A stretch of DNA of 64,000 nt from Flavobacteriales bacterium (GCA_031371785.1 JANMKC010000010.1:389-64388); one strand, 5' to 3'. Shown: positions 1 to 10,517, numbered from the stretch's first letter. Notes: a model not told the origin generated them from the sequence alone. Program-made: numbers and translations.

Positions 1-1163
1 CTCATCTTCATGTTCATATCGTCGAGGTCGCCGTTCATCTTCATCATGCCGTTCATCATCTTCATGCCCTCGAAGTATTTCAGCGGCTCCAGCGGCGCGG
101 CCAATTGCTTGATGCCATTGCCGATCCACAACGAGGTTGAACGCGTGCGGTCCTCCGCCGTCGCGAGCAGTTCGTAGGCCGTGCTGTCGGCAGGAATGGT
201 GACGATAACATCGTAGGTCTCGGCCACGCCCATGATGAAGCGATCGACCTCCACCGGTTCCACATCACTGCCATCGCTGGCCACGACGGTCATCTTGCCT
301 CCGGCATAGTTGATCCAGAAATAAGTGGACGCACTGCCGTTGATGATCCGCAAGCGCACGCGTTCACCAGCTTTGAACTGCTTCGCTTCGCTCTCCGGTC
401 GTCCGTTGGCAAGGAAGCGATCGTAGTACACATCGCTCACGTCCATCGACTTCATGCGTTTCCATTCGTTGGTAAGCTTCGTGCCGACGTGGCCTTCCTT
501 GATCGCATCGAGGTAGCTCTGTGTGGTACCGGGTCGCAGCTTGTTCTTCTGTATCGCGAACCAGTCGTTGGCATTGTGCAGGCGGCGGTGTACTTCGAAA
601 GACTTCATGTCCGTCCAGTCGCTCAGGATCAACACCTGCTCCGGCATTGCCCCCGGGCTTGACCCGGGGTCATTGCGCTTGTGGATGATCAGTGCGCCAT
701 ACATGCCGCTCTGTTCCTGCAACCGGGTGTGCGAGTGGTACCAATAGGTTCCGCTTTGTACGAGCGGGAATTTGTATTCGGCCGTTGTTCCAGCTTTGAT
801 GGGCGCGGTGGTGAGGTAGGGAACACCATCGTTCTGGTTCGGTAGGATCAAGCCGTGCCAATGCAGTGACGTTTCCTCTTTCGCCATCTGGTTGTGTACC
901 ACGAGCAGCACCGTATCACCTTCGGTGAAGGTGAGCGTGGGCATCGGCAGTTGCCCGTTCACGGCGAAGGCCTTGCGAGGTTTGCTCGTGTAGTTGACGA
1001 TGGTATCCGTCACATACAGATCGTATCGCGTGATCTTCGGAGTGAAAGCTCCAGTGATCGCATGGCTGCCGAGCGGACGCGCTTCCTGGGCGTGCGCGAT
1101 CACTGCGGATCCCCAGAGAAGGACCGCAACGAGGCTGCGAACCGGGCGCGTTGGTGCGAACAT
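1..1163 (-). CDS. Multicopper oxidase, CopA/PcoA-like, Met-rich; 3' end runs off the window (absent from ORF track)
   Basis: Own translation of minus strand from ATG at plus 1161-1163: signal-like MFAPTRPVRSLVAVLLWGSAVIAHAQ, copper-ligand motifs SLHWHGL and GTYWYHSH, Met-rich GMKMMNGMMKMNGDLDDMNMKM at window edge. Confidence 0.85.
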   Translation of the reverse strand, partial: MFAPTRPVRSLVAVLLWGSAVIAHAQEARPLGSHAITGAFTPKITRYDLYVTDTIVNYTSKPRKAFAVNGQLPMPTLTFTEGDTVLLVVHNQMAKEETSLHWHGLILPNQNDGVPYLTTAPIKAGTTAEYKFPLVQSGTYWYHSHTRLQEQSGMYGALIIHKRNDPGSSPGAMPEQVLILSDWTDMKSFEVHRRLHNANDWFAIQKNKLRPGTTQSYLDAIKEGHVGTKLTNEWKRMKSMDVSDVYYDRFLANGRPESEAKQFKAGERVRLRIINGSASTYFWINYAGGKMTVVASDGSDVEPVEVDRFIMGVAETYDVIVTIPADSTAYELLATAEDRTRSTSLWIGNGIKQLAAPLEPLKYFEGMKMMNGMMKMNGDLDDMNMKM

Positions 1164-1186
1164 TCCCATTTCGTGCTTCGGCCTGA

Positions 1187-2077
1187 TCACTTGATCGTCT
1201 CCTGCACGCTGCCACAGCTGAGCATCATCGAACCATAGAAGGGGTTCTTGATCGGCTTCTCCTGGCTCAACCAGTCGGCCCCGCCGTTGTACATGGGGCA
1301 ATGATCATAGTACACCGGCATGGGGCGAGGCGCGACTTTCACCAGATCGTGCATATGCCCGGAAAGCGTGGAGAACGCTGTCCGCTGCTTGTCGATGTCC
1401 TTGGTCGTGGAGATCCCCATCGCCAGCTTCGCGATCGGGTCCATCACCTTCATCCACACCACGTGGACCTCTGCGGGCAACTGCTCCATCTTCACGCTCT
1501 TTACGGCGTTCATAAGCGCAGATGCCTTCGTTGCTGACATCTTCTCATCGGAAGCAACGAGCGCGTCCTTCAGTTCGAAGTACGAGTCGAACACCGGGTT
1601 GAGATCATCGCTCTTCACGTTCGGTTGCTGTGCCGGGTCAGGCATCGGCATGTCATGTCCCGCCATGGCCTGTTGATCTTGCACGCCCTCCGTGCGATGC
1701 TGGGTCGTTGATGCAGGGTCGTTCACGGCCTTGTGTTTCGTGGTGCGCTCATACTGGCAGCAGCCCGGCAATTTGGAATAAGCGGCATCCGGGGCCAGGT
1801 AGTTCTGATTGTCATAACCGGCGAGCGCGATCCGCTTGAGCACCGCGTCCACATTGGTGCGCATACTGTCATACGTGATGGTTGCCAGCTTCGCATCCGT
1901 GTCCCACTCGGCCTGTGCCACGCCTTTCTCCAGCGCTGCTCCCTCGATGGTCTTCTTGCACATGTCGCAATCGCCGTTCACGTGCACGGTAACGGTGCGC
2001 GCGTTCTTGACCTGCGCGGTGCAGGTGGTCAGCAGGCCCATGATCGGGAGAGCTGCCAGCAGTTTCAACAATTTCAT
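1187..2077 (-). CDS. Periplasmic HMA-domain protein fused to DUF3347-like domain
   Basis: Signal/lipobox MKLLKLLAALPIMGLLTTC, HMA-like fold with GDCDMC metal motif, C-terminal YYDHCPMYNGGADWLSQEKPIKNPFYGSMMLSCGS typical of DUF3347 as I recall it; sits in copper cluster. Confidence 0.75.
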   Translation of the reverse strand: MKLLKLLAALPIMGLLTTCTAQVKNARTVTVHVNGDCDMCKKTIEGAALEKGVAQAEWDTDAKLATITYDSMRTNVDAVLKRIALAGYDNQNYLAPDAAYSKLPGCCQYERTTKHKAVNDPASTTQHRTEGVQDQQAMAGHDMPMPDPAQQPNVKSDDLNPVFDSYFELKDALVASDEKMSATKASALMNAVKSVKMEQLPAEVHVVWMKVMDPIAKLAMGISTTKDIDKQRTAFSTLSGHMHDLVKVAPRPMPVYYDHCPMYNGGADWLSQEKPIKNPFYGSMMLSCGSVQETIK

Positions 2078-2218
2078 TGGTCGGTGTTGTGGGTTGATGT
2101 GGGTTTATGATCGATCGATGATCAATGTGTCTGTTGCCTTCCTGTGATGTTGATCAGCAGCAGCTTGGCAGGTCGGTGATGAACTCGGCGAGCACGCCAG
2201 CCTCGCGCATTGCGGTCT

Positions 2219-2728
2219 TCAGTGGTGATCGTCATCATGATCATCCTCGTCGTGGTCGTTCCCGCCATGATCGTGATGTGCTTCGCGAACAGCCGGCGCA
2301 AGCAGTTCGGGATCCACACCAGCACCTCCACGATAGACGAGTTGCCCACCGAGATACGATCCCACCACTAGTAACACAGCCGCGAGCAACCCGAGCAGCC
2401 GGGCCAACAAGGACGATCGTGTATTACGCATTCTCCAGCGCATCAATGCTACAGCGATGAACAAGCCCATCACAACCGTTTGCAGTTTCCAATGCCAGGT
2501 CATCATCTCATGGGCTTCAGCCGTGTGCGCGGGCACCGTGTTGTACGCGATCAACCCGCTGATCGCGGCGACGACCCCGGCAAGCACGCCCGCGACCAAC
2601 AGGCCCGTGGCTGTTCTTACCAGATCATCCCGACGCCGCCACCAGGCGTACAGATCAAGGATCACCCCGGCGAGCAGGAGCCCGATCGGGAAATGGACAA
2701 GTGCTGGGTGCAGTTCCCAAGGTTTCAT
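2219..2728 (-). CDS. DUF2231-like membrane protein with His/Asp-rich C-terminal tail
   Basis: N-terminal HPALVHFPIGLL motif, 4 hydrophobic segments, tail HHDHGGNDHDEDDHDDDHH. Confidence 0.7.
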   Translation of the reverse strand: MKPWELHPALVHFPIGLLLAGVILDLYAWWRRRDDLVRTATGLLVAGVLAGVVAAISGLIAYNTVPAHTAEAHEMMTWHWKLQTVVMGLFIAVALMRWRMRNTRSSLLARLLGLLAAVLLVVGSYLGGQLVYRGGAGVDPELLAPAVREAHHDHGGNDHDEDDHDDDHH

Positions 2729-2755
2729 GTTCGTTCTGTTCGAGCGTGCGACGCC

Positions 2756-2995
2756 TCACTTTTTTTCGACCAGTTCCATTCCGCACTTCGGGCACTTTCC
2801 GGGTTTGTCGCTGATCACTTCCGGATGCATCGGGCAGGTATAGGTGATGCTCGCCGCAGGTGTTGTGTTGCCCATGTGCGTAGCTGTGGACGTGCTGTCC
2901 TTCATGTCAGCGCCGCTGCTCTTGGACGGTGCATTGTCACATGCGGTCCAGATGAGCGCGATGAACGCGAGCGTGATATTGATGTTGGTTCTCAT
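2756..2995 (-). CDS. Small lipoprotein with one CPMHP-type heavy-metal-binding domain
   Basis: Lipobox LIWTAC; YTCPMHPEVISDKPGKCPKCGMEL motif. Confidence 0.75.
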   Translation of the reverse strand: MRTNINITLAFIALIWTACDNAPSKSSGADMKDSTSTATHMGNTTPAASITYTCPMHPEVISDKPGKCPKCGMELVEKK

Positions 2996-3175
2996 GATAG
3001 TTGATGTTGGTCTTTGGTTGCAGATGATCTTGATCCGCCACCTCCGTCATTGATAACGGGTTCACCTGTGGCGGGAAATGTCGAGCGGGTCAAGTCGCGC
3101 GAACGACTTCTTCGCGGTGCATGAAAGCACCGCAGCTGTGTTATGCTAACACAGGACTTCTTGAAAAAGCAATGA

Positions 3176-3583
3176 TCAGATCCGGAACGTCCGAAGCTCT
3201 GCCAGTCGATCGTTCACGGAACGAGGAGGCGGATGACGATCGATGAAGTTCGGGCACAACCCGAACGCCAATGGAACGGACTTCCCGATGAATACCGCTG
3301 GCAAGCCCATCACTGGAGCCAAGCTCGGTATCCGGTACTGTACATAATCCTGTTTCTCCGAAGAGGCATGTGTGAATTCACAGCAGATCGCTTTCACGGC
3401 TGGGGCGCTTCCGCCCTTCTTACCCGGACAGCACTCCGTCATGGCGCTCCACGAAGTGCGGCTGTGATCGCTCATCGAGCAGATCATCCGTGTCAACACA
3501 GGAACTGCGGTCGCGAAGAGCAAGAGGCCCGCGATCAAGATCGAAAGCCCTTTGCTCTTGCGGATGGAAATGAAGCGCAACAT
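3176..3583 (-). CDS. HYC_CC_PP-like small membrane-anchored Cys-rich protein (paralog 1)
   Basis: 135 aa, N-terminal TM, CC pairs (TECCPG, AICCEFTH), HPPP near C-terminus, tail RLAELRTFRI parallels paralog at 10518-10925. Confidence 0.6.
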   Translation of the reverse strand: MLRFISIRKSKGLSILIAGLLLFATAVPVLTRMICSMSDHSRTSWSAMTECCPGKKGGSAPAVKAICCEFTHASSEKQDYVQYRIPSLAPVMGLPAVFIGKSVPLAFGLCPNFIDRHPPPRSVNDRLAELRTFRI

Positions 3584-3725
3584 CAGGTCGCGAGTTTACT
3601 TCGGGTTCAAAGTGGTGGGGGTGGATTCCTTCATTATCCTTGGCAAGCTATTAGGCAACGAAACCCACGTCCCGGTCATAGGCCACGCTCGCACGGGATC
3701 GGTCCCGTGCAAGTGTGAGCCCTAG

Positions 3726-4241
3726 CTACTTGGCTTTGGCAGGCTGAAGTGCCATATCGCACTTGGAGCACTTGTCGCCTTTCATGCCCGTCACTTCCGG
3801 GTGCATGGGGCAGGCGTAGAGCGCCACGGGCTGCGTCATCGCCATTCCACAATGCGCGCACTTGGCATCCTTGGCACCCATCGCATCGGGGTGCATGGGA
3901 CAAGCGTACACGGCCGTGGTCATTGCCATGCCGCATTTCGGACACTTGGCGTCCTTGGCACCCATCGCATCCGGGTGCATGGGGCAGCAGTACATGGCGG
4001 CACTCGCAACAGCGACATCCTTGGGAGCCACTAAGGCCATGTGGCACTTGGGACACGTGTCGCCTTTCTTGCCAGTGACCTCGGGGTGCATGGGGCAACT
4101 GTAGACAGGTTCCTGCGCGGCAACGGCGGTACTCGCTGGGGCATGATCGTGCTGGGCAGCAACTCGCGATATGCACGGGTTCATGGTCATCAGTACAAGC
4201 GAAAGCGCCGTGCCGAGCAGGGAGGTTGAGAGGGTCTTCAT
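3726..4241 (-). CDS. Secreted protein with four tandem CPMHP-type heavy-metal-binding domains
   Basis: Start moved to MKTLSTSLLGTALSLVLM (ATG at 4239-4241). Four repeats of CPMHP(E/D)x5-7KCxxC(G/H/D)MA; underlying DNA is visibly tandem-repeated. Confidence 0.8.
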   Translation of the reverse strand: MKTLSTSLLGTALSLVLMTMNPCISRVAAQHDHAPASTAVAAQEPVYSCPMHPEVTGKKGDTCPKCHMALVAPKDVAVASAAMYCCPMHPDAMGAKDAKCPKCGMAMTTAVYACPMHPDAMGAKDAKCAHCGMAMTQPVALYACPMHPEVTGMKGDKCSKCDMALQPAKAK

Positions 4242-4399
4242 GGTTGTTGGTTGATCCGTATGTGATCCCCATTCTGCTGGGGCTGCGGAACAAGGAGCGG
4301 AAACCATGCCACTGGTCGCGGGCCAAGCAGATCCTTACTGGCGACCGCATGATCGCCGAGTATGATGCATTGCACGGCCTAATGCAGAATGGGGCGCAA

Positions 4400-6493
4400 C
4401 TACCCCAATGGATCCGCACCAGGTCTCTTTTGACCGAGCACAGACCTCAACAACTGCGCATTGATCGCCACCACCACGGTGCTCATGCTCATCAGCACCG
4501 CCCCCATTGCGGGTCCCATCACGAAGCCCGAAGAGTAGAAGACACCGGCCGCCATGGGTATCGCGAACGCGTTGTAGCCTGTTGCCCACACAAGGTTCTG
4601 GATCATCTTGCGGTAGGTGGCCTTGCCGAAAAGGATCAGTTCGAGGATGTCGTTCGGGTCACTGTTCACGAGGATGATGTCGGCGGTCTCAGCGGCCACA
4701 TCGGTTCCTGAACCTATGGCGATGCCAACATCCGCTTGTGCGAGCGCGGGCGCATCGTTCACGCCATCGCCGGTCATCGCAACGAACTCGCCTTTCTGTT
4801 GCAACGCTTTCAACAGTTCCACTTTCTGGTGCGGAAGAACCTCTGCATGGAAGCCATCAAGACCCAACGCATCGCTCACGGATTTCGCCACAGCTGCATT
4901 GTCGCCCGTGGCCATGATCACCTTGATCCCCTCCTTGCGGAAGCGATCGATGGCGGCTTTCGCCGTGGGCCTGATCGCATCGGCCAGCGCGATGGAACCG
5001 ATCAGCGCATCGTTCCGCAACACATGGATCACGGTCTCGGCTGCGTCTGCGCTGGTCTTTCCGGGGATCGCGATGTTCTTCTCTTTCAAATAGCCGGGGC
5101 TCACCACCGCGATGCGCGCACCATCCACGATCGCCTGCACACCTTTCCCGGTGATCGCTTCGAAGCCTGTGATGGTAGCAAGTGCGATGTTATCAGCCTT
5201 GGCCTTCTTCATGATCCCGGTGGCGATGGGATGCTCGGAGCTTTGCTCAAGTGCTGCGGCCAACCGCAGCAGTTCCTTTTGATCAACACCTGATGCGTAT
5301 ACATCAACGCGTGTAACGCCGAAGTCGCCCATGGTGAGCGTGCCGGTCTTGTCGAAGAGGATGGTGGTGATCTTGCGCGCGTCCTCGAACGCGGTGCGGT
5401 TGCGGATAAGCAAGCCGCGTTGCGCGGCCATCGCGGTGGAGATCGCCACTACAAGCGGAACGGCGAGACCCAGCGCATGCGGGCACGAGATCACCAGCAC
5501 GGTGACCATGCGTTCCAGCGCGTACACCATCGGGAAACCGAGAAGCAGCCACACTGTGAACGTGATCGCTCCAGCGGAAAGCGCGATGTACGTGAGCCAC
5601 TTCGCCGCGCGATCAGCGAGGTTCTGCGTGTACGACCGCGACTTCTGCGCTTCCTGCACCAGCGTGATCACCTTCGTGAGGTAACTGTCCGAGCCTGCAT
5701 GCTGCACCTTCACTTTCAGTGAGCCGTTGCCGTTCACCGACCCGCCGATCACCGCATCGTTCACGGTCTTCGCCACTGGTTTCGATTCACCCGTGAGCAA
5801 GCTTTCGTTCACGTAACTCTCGCCTTCCACCACCACGCCATCGGCAGGAACTTTCTCGCCGGGCTTGATCACGATCACGTCGTGTACTTTCAGCGTGTCC
5901 AACTTCACGTCCATGACATGGTCGCCATGCACCATGTGCGCTTCGGCGGGCATCATGCTCACCAGCAGTTCCAGCGATCGCGACGCGCCGAGCACCGAAC
6001 GCATCTCGATCCAATGCCCCAGCAACATGATGTCGATCAGCGTGACCAGTTCCCAGAAAAAGTCTTCGCCTTTCAGTCCGAACACTACTGCACCGCTGTA
6101 CAGATAAGCCACCGTGATCGCCACGGCGATCAACGTCATCATGCCGGGCGATCGCTTGCGCAGTTCTTCCACCGAACCTTGCAGGAAGGGCCAACCAGCG
6201 AAGAAGTACGCGAAGGATGAAAGCGCGAAGAGCACATACATCGATCCCGTGAACGCGATGGAGAAGCCGAAGAACTTCTGCACCATCGGCGAGAGGGCCA
6301 ACACCGGCACGGTTACGATCAGCGCGATCCAGAAGCGCCGCTTCATATCGTCGATCATCATGCGGTGATGATCGTGGCCCATGGAGCCATGTTCGGGGTT
6401 GTCGTGCGACATATCGCCCATGGGGCCATGGTCATCATGACCCTGCTGAGGCGCAGCCCTAACAGGTGTCGGTGCGTTATGATGAAGTTCCAC
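4400..6493 (-). CDS. copB: Copper-translocating P1B-type ATPase, CopB-like (His-rich N-terminus, CPH motif)
   Basis: His-rich [64 protein letters not shown]. Confidence 0.9.
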   Translation of the reverse strand: MELHHNAPTPVRAAPQQGHDDHGPMGDMSHDNPEHGSMGHDHHRMMIDDMKRRFWIALIVTVPVLALSPMVQKFFGFSIAFTGSMYVLFALSSFAYFFAGWPFLQGSVEELRKRSPGMMTLIAVAITVAYLYSGAVVFGLKGEDFFWELVTLIDIMLLGHWIEMRSVLGASRSLELLVSMMPAEAHMVHGDHVMDVKLDTLKVHDVIVIKPGEKVPADGVVVEGESYVNESLLTGESKPVAKTVNDAVIGGSVNGNGSLKVKVQHAGSDSYLTKVITLVQEAQKSRSYTQNLADRAAKWLTYIALSAGAITFTVWLLLGFPMVYALERMVTVLVISCPHALGLAVPLVVAISTAMAAQRGLLIRNRTAFEDARKITTILFDKTGTLTMGDFGVTRVDVYASGVDQKELLRLAAALEQSSEHPIATGIMKKAKADNIALATITGFEAITGKGVQAIVDGARIAVVSPGYLKEKNIAIPGKTSADAAETVIHVLRNDALIGSIALADAIRPTAKAAIDRFRKEGIKVIMATGDNAAVAKSVSDALGLDGFHAEVLPHQKVELLKALQQKGEFVAMTGDGVNDAPALAQADVGIAIGSGTDVAAETADIILVNSDPNDILELILFGKATYRKMIQNLVWATGYNAFAIPMAAGVFYSSGFVMGPAMGAVLMSMSTVVVAINAQLLRSVLGQKRPGADPLG

Positions 6494-6621
6494 GGCCCTG
6501 CTCGTTCAGTCGATGCTCGCGACCATCGTCGTCACTTGGAGCATGGTTGAAGATCTCTCACCATAGCGCTCCGGCATAGCACATGGTAGCGCCTTCCTGT
6601 TCGGTCCGGAGTCCATGGTGA

Positions 6622-8865
6622 TCAGCGGCCAAGAACGATCAGGGCCTTGCTTCCGACGGCAGTTTCGGTCCGCACGGTCAGCGTGTACACGCCTTTCGCG
6701 ACGGTGCGCAGATCGGAATGGAGCATACCGTTCACCGCGTTTACCCGCTCACTGCGCACCAAGGCGCCGACCGCATCGTACAGTTCGACGGTCGCGGGTC
6801 CCTTCAGCGTTCCGAGCATCACATCCACGCGATCGCTCGCGGGGTTCGGATAGATGCTGAAGTTGAGCGCAGCGCTCTCCTGTATCCCGATCGTGTTGCC
6901 GATGCCCACATCGTCCATGTACATGTTGTTGCCGAAGTTGCTTTCGGTGACGAACATGAACTGCACATCGGGCTGGCCCAGGACAAGGCCGAGATCCACA
7001 TGCTCGGTGCGCCACTGCGCGCTGGTGGGGGTGAATGTGCTTGTGTTCACACCTGTGGTGGAAAGGGTGCTTCCCTGCTTGTCGTAGATCGTGTTCCAGT
7101 TCGCGCCGCAATCCGTGCTCGCCTTCACCATGAAGCGATCCGTGGAAGCGGTGTTGTACTGGGCATAAGCCACCGAGAATTCGAGCGTAGTACCCGGTGT
7201 GGCCGCGTAGAGATCCACGCGCGGCATCAGCAAGTAGTCCAACTGGCCGGTGATGTCCATGCTTCCCGAGTAGTGGTCCATCTTCATGCTGCCCGCCGTG
7301 TTGCCGAAGCCGCCCACGGTAGCGCGCGTCATCTTGTTGTTCGGGTTGAAATGCACGTAGTTCCAACCATCGGGCGGGAAGGTGGTCGCTGCGAACCCTT
7401 CATTGAACGGCAGGTTCTGGATCGGATCGATCACGCGGAACGCTCCTTCCATCCGGTCGTTCAGTTCGTTGGGGTCATAGGTCCCGTTCGGCCCGCTGGT
7501 GTGCGCGCTGATCACATGTGCGCCAGAAAGGACCGCAGCGACCGGAAGATCGACGTTGGTGCTCGCACCGGGCGCCAGCGTACCGGCCCAGGAATAGCTG
7601 GGTTGAACAGAGCCGTCCACGTCAACGTCAATGGTCACTTGCGTCAGGTCGTTCGACCCGGCGTTCGTAAGCGTGACGGTCGGCAGCACCGATCCCGAAC
7701 AGATGGTATTATCGGTGGAGTAGAAATTGACCGTGGCGGTGGCGTTGGCCGGTGAAACGATCGCGGTGATCGCCGCATCGTTGGCCAGCGGCGTGGGGTC
7801 GATGCGCACGGTCGTGTTGCCGGTGTTGTTCACGAACCAGATGCGCCCGTCAGGACCCACCTTCACGCCCATGATGCCCGCCTGTCCGGTGGGTATCGTG
7901 CCGAGCAGTGCCGGCGTGCCGGTGACATCATAGATCCTGATATCGCCGTTGTCATGATCGCTCACGATCAAACGCCCCATCGTATAGTCGATCCCGCAGG
8001 GTTGTGTGGTCCAGGTGTCAACGATCTCCACAACCGCGCCCTCCACCTTCTTGTAGGATCCCAGTGTTTCGTTGGCCGTTCCGGGCACGGTGAGGTTGCC
8101 GGTGATGGTCCCCGAGTTCACGTTCATGCGTTTGACCTGCTTGTTGCCGCCATCGATGAAATAGAGCCAGCCGCCGATCTTGTCCAGCACCATGTGGCTG
8201 GGCACATCCGGCACGCGCGTCACGGGCACATCGATGTAGCGCCAGATCTTGCCTGCACTGTGGTTGTCATAGCCGGGGCCATGGTCCTGCACGAAATCGT
8301 AGCGACAGATGTTGCCGTTGTATCCGTCCATCACCCAGAACACTTTCGCACTGTCCGCCGCGATGCCCATCGCATAAGGGCTTTGGTGCAGCATGTCGAT
8401 GTGGCTTCCCAATGGATAGCCGCTCAACCAATCGTTCTGGAACACCGTGGCGAAGATGTTCAGGTCACCCAACCACAACGCGGGGCCCATGAAGGTGGGC
8501 GATGAGGTATTGGTGTTCTGTATCTCGCTCACCGCGGACCATTCGCCATTGTCGGAAAATGCGAGGGCACTGGGCATCCGCATGAAGTGGCTGCTGTGCG
8601 TGTCCTTGCGGTACTCGGCCGCCTGGCCAGGAAGACCCGCATTGTGAACGATCACCATGCTGCCGCCGTCGGACGCGCCTTTGTTCACGACCCAGAGTTC
8701 GTTCGTGAACGGTTTGAAATCCAGGTCGCGCGGATCGCTTACCTGATCAGCGGAGGTAACGATGTTGGTGTAGGTGAGCGCATCGCTGAGGTAGCGGTCG
8801 ATCGCTACCTGGCCATGGGCAAGTCCGGCGGTGGCCAACGTGATGAGTGAGAGGAAGTGTTTCAT
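6622..8865 (-). CDS. Large secreted beta-propeller/Ig-like protein with T9SS C-terminal sorting domain
   Basis: Signal MKHFLSLITLATAGLAHGQ; C-terminal SIYPNPASDRVDVML...GVYTLTVRTE CTD; function unknown. Confidence 0.7.
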   Translation of the reverse strand: MKHFLSLITLATAGLAHGQVAIDRYLSDALTYTNIVTSADQVSDPRDLDFKPFTNELWVVNKGASDGGSMVIVHNAGLPGQAAEYRKDTHSSHFMRMPSALAFSDNGEWSAVSEIQNTNTSSPTFMGPALWLGDLNIFATVFQNDWLSGYPLGSHIDMLHQSPYAMGIAADSAKVFWVMDGYNGNICRYDFVQDHGPGYDNHSAGKIWRYIDVPVTRVPDVPSHMVLDKIGGWLYFIDGGNKQVKRMNVNSGTITGNLTVPGTANETLGSYKKVEGAVVEIVDTWTTQPCGIDYTMGRLIVSDHDNGDIRIYDVTGTPALLGTIPTGQAGIMGVKVGPDGRIWFVNNTGNTTVRIDPTPLANDAAITAIVSPANATATVNFYSTDNTICSGSVLPTVTLTNAGSNDLTQVTIDVDVDGSVQPSYSWAGTLAPGASTNVDLPVAAVLSGAHVISAHTSGPNGTYDPNELNDRMEGAFRVIDPIQNLPFNEGFAATTFPPDGWNYVHFNPNNKMTRATVGGFGNTAGSMKMDHYSGSMDITGQLDYLLMPRVDLYAATPGTTLEFSVAYAQYNTASTDRFMVKASTDCGANWNTIYDKQGSTLSTTGVNTSTFTPTSAQWRTEHVDLGLVLGQPDVQFMFVTESNFGNNMYMDDVGIGNTIGIQESAALNFSIYPNPASDRVDVMLGTLKGPATVELYDAVGALVRSERVNAVNGMLHSDLRTVAKGVYTLTVRTETAVGSKALIVLGR

Positions 8866-8914
8866 TCTGTCGTGGGTTTGGGTCGAGGTTGGGATTGAGA
8901 AGGGCCGCTATGTT

Positions 8915-9700
8915 TCAATGTTCTTGTTGTGTCGCTACCACGAGTTGGTCCATCAACCGCGTGTTCAACGCACCGTCATCCGCGGAGGATGGCTCGTTGA
9001 GCAGATCGATATTGGCCAGCAACTTCTGTACATCCACCGGCAGCCATGCGGTGAGGACGCCGCCTTCTGGAAGGTCCGCATGCACAGGTGCGGCAGCGGT
9101 GCGCAGCATCGCATCACCGGTGCAACGGTGGTCGAACACATGGTCACTGCCGTCGATGATGCCATCGCCGTTGCTGTCCGCGCGGCCCTCCACTTGCAGG
9201 AAGCAATATCCTGAAGCGGCCGCCCCACTGAACATCGAGCTGCCGTTCATCGGCGGTGGCGCTTGCGCGGGATCGGAGTGGTTCATGTTGGATGCGAGCC
9301 CGACCCTCATGCGCAACTCATGCAAATGGCCTGCGGTCAGCGGTCCGAGCGCGATATCATTCGACCCAAAAGCCGCGTCTACCAGCAGGTATCCATCAGG
9401 GTATGTGGCGAGCGTCGCGCCAACATCGTCGGTCGCGGAAACGTCGGAGATGAAGAACCTCAGCGTGTCCAGCTTGAACACATGGCCGAAGTCATCCGTG
9501 TAGGTACTGCCCAGCTCATAGTCGTGCCCACTGTAGCGGAAGATGACCGCGAGGTGCTGCTGCACGGTGTGGATGGTTGAGGAGGAAGGTTCCACATCCA
9601 TGGTCTTATTGGTGCAGGCGGCAAGCAGCAGCACGTATGATATAACCCCTATGCCCACCAGTTTTGGCTGATGACTTTTCATGCTCGCTCGCTTGTTCAT
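8915..9700 (-). CDS. Lipoprotein, possibly MbnP-family copper-binding protein
   Basis: Start trimmed to MNKRASMKSHQPKLVGIGVISYVLLLAAC (lipobox). LRFFISDVSA, GHLHELRMRVGL, SGYCFLQVEG resemble MbnP-family pattern from memory (unverified). Confidence 0.45.
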   Translation of the reverse strand: MNKRASMKSHQPKLVGIGVISYVLLLAACTNKTMDVEPSSSTIHTVQQHLAVIFRYSGHDYELGSTYTDDFGHVFKLDTLRFFISDVSATDDVGATLATYPDGYLLVDAAFGSNDIALGPLTAGHLHELRMRVGLASNMNHSDPAQAPPPMNGSSMFSGAAASGYCFLQVEGRADSNGDGIIDGSDHVFDHRCTGDAMLRTAAAPVHADLPEGGVLTAWLPVDVQKLLANIDLLNEPSSADDGALNTRLMDQLVVATQQEH

Positions 9701-9707
9701 CGGAACA

Positions 9708-10442
9708 TCATGTTTTGCGGATGTAGGCATGGGAGCAGGGTCCACCATACAGGATGCGCACCTTCTCCGGCTTGTCAGCCAGGAAGACATCGCAGGCCAA
9801 GCGCACACCGGGGTTTGAATCGTTGCCTTCCACCGTGAGCTCCGGCACATGATAATCCATGAATATCACCACGGCGTTTTTCGGAAGACGGGGATAGACA
9901 TGGGTGAGACAACGGACCACCAGTTCGGTGTGCTCGAAGGCGGCACCTCCGGTGCCGCAGTCGATGTGGGCGAAGGCGATCTGTTCCGGAAGGTCGCGCG
10001 GCAGTGTCACCTCGAAGTCGCCTTGATGGATGATCGGCAGCGGCACACCGCACTCCTCCATGGTGCGGGTGAAGATCTCCTTGATGTTGCGCTGCGAGCC
10101 GAATTCGATATCGAACCGGTCGTACACATGGAACTCCCGCGTCGGTTCCAGTTCCTGGATCAGGCTGGCGATCACGGCGGCCGTGCTTCCGGTATAGCAG
10201 CCCAGTTCCACGAAAGCACCGGGTACATGCGTATCGAGCAGGCGTTCGATCAAGTGCTGCATGTTCGACACCTGCTGCATGCTCACCATATCCTCGCGGT
10301 GGTCGAACCGCGGTTGCAGTTCGAACGGCAGGCGCAACATGCCCACCATCTTGTTCAGGGTCTTTACCAGGACCGAAAGTTCCCGGCGGTCCGTTCCATG
10401 GAACGGGCCTGTTGCAAGTTCATCAAATTGCTCGGTCGACAT
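9708..10442 (-). CDS. TylF/MycF-like class I SAM-dependent methyltransferase
   Basis: GAFVELGCYTGSTAA SAM-binding loop, IAFAHIDCG...AVVIFMDYH resembles macrocin O-methyltransferase family. Confidence 0.6.
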   Translation of the reverse strand: MSTEQFDELATGPFHGTDRRELSVLVKTLNKMVGMLRLPFELQPRFDHREDMVSMQQVSNMQHLIERLLDTHVPGAFVELGCYTGSTAAVIASLIQELEPTREFHVYDRFDIEFGSQRNIKEIFTRTMEECGVPLPIIHQGDFEVTLPRDLPEQIAFAHIDCGTGGAAFEHTELVVRCLTHVYPRLPKNAVVIFMDYHVPELTVEGNDSNPGVRLACDVFLADKPEKVRILYGGPCSHAYIRKT

Positions 10443-10517
10443 ACGGGATCCAAAAGGTTGAGGAAAACACGAACGCCCATGCGCTGCGCGCCCAGGCTCA
10501 CACGGACAGCAACCGCA

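Noticed and set aside
3780-4100. Regularly spaced repeats that could look like a CRISPR-type array
   Set aside because: The repeats are in frame and encode the four CPMHP metal-binding domains of one protein. There is no repeat-spacer architecture and no cas genes.
3676-4419. 247-aa ORF overlapping the 4x CPMHP gene, and the 193-aa extended version starting at 4307
   Set aside because: The 247-aa ORF is out of frame and reads repeat DNA as Cys/Arg/His-rich noise. The extended start adds 22 residues before an obvious signal peptide (MKTLSTSLLG), so the shorter start was preferred.
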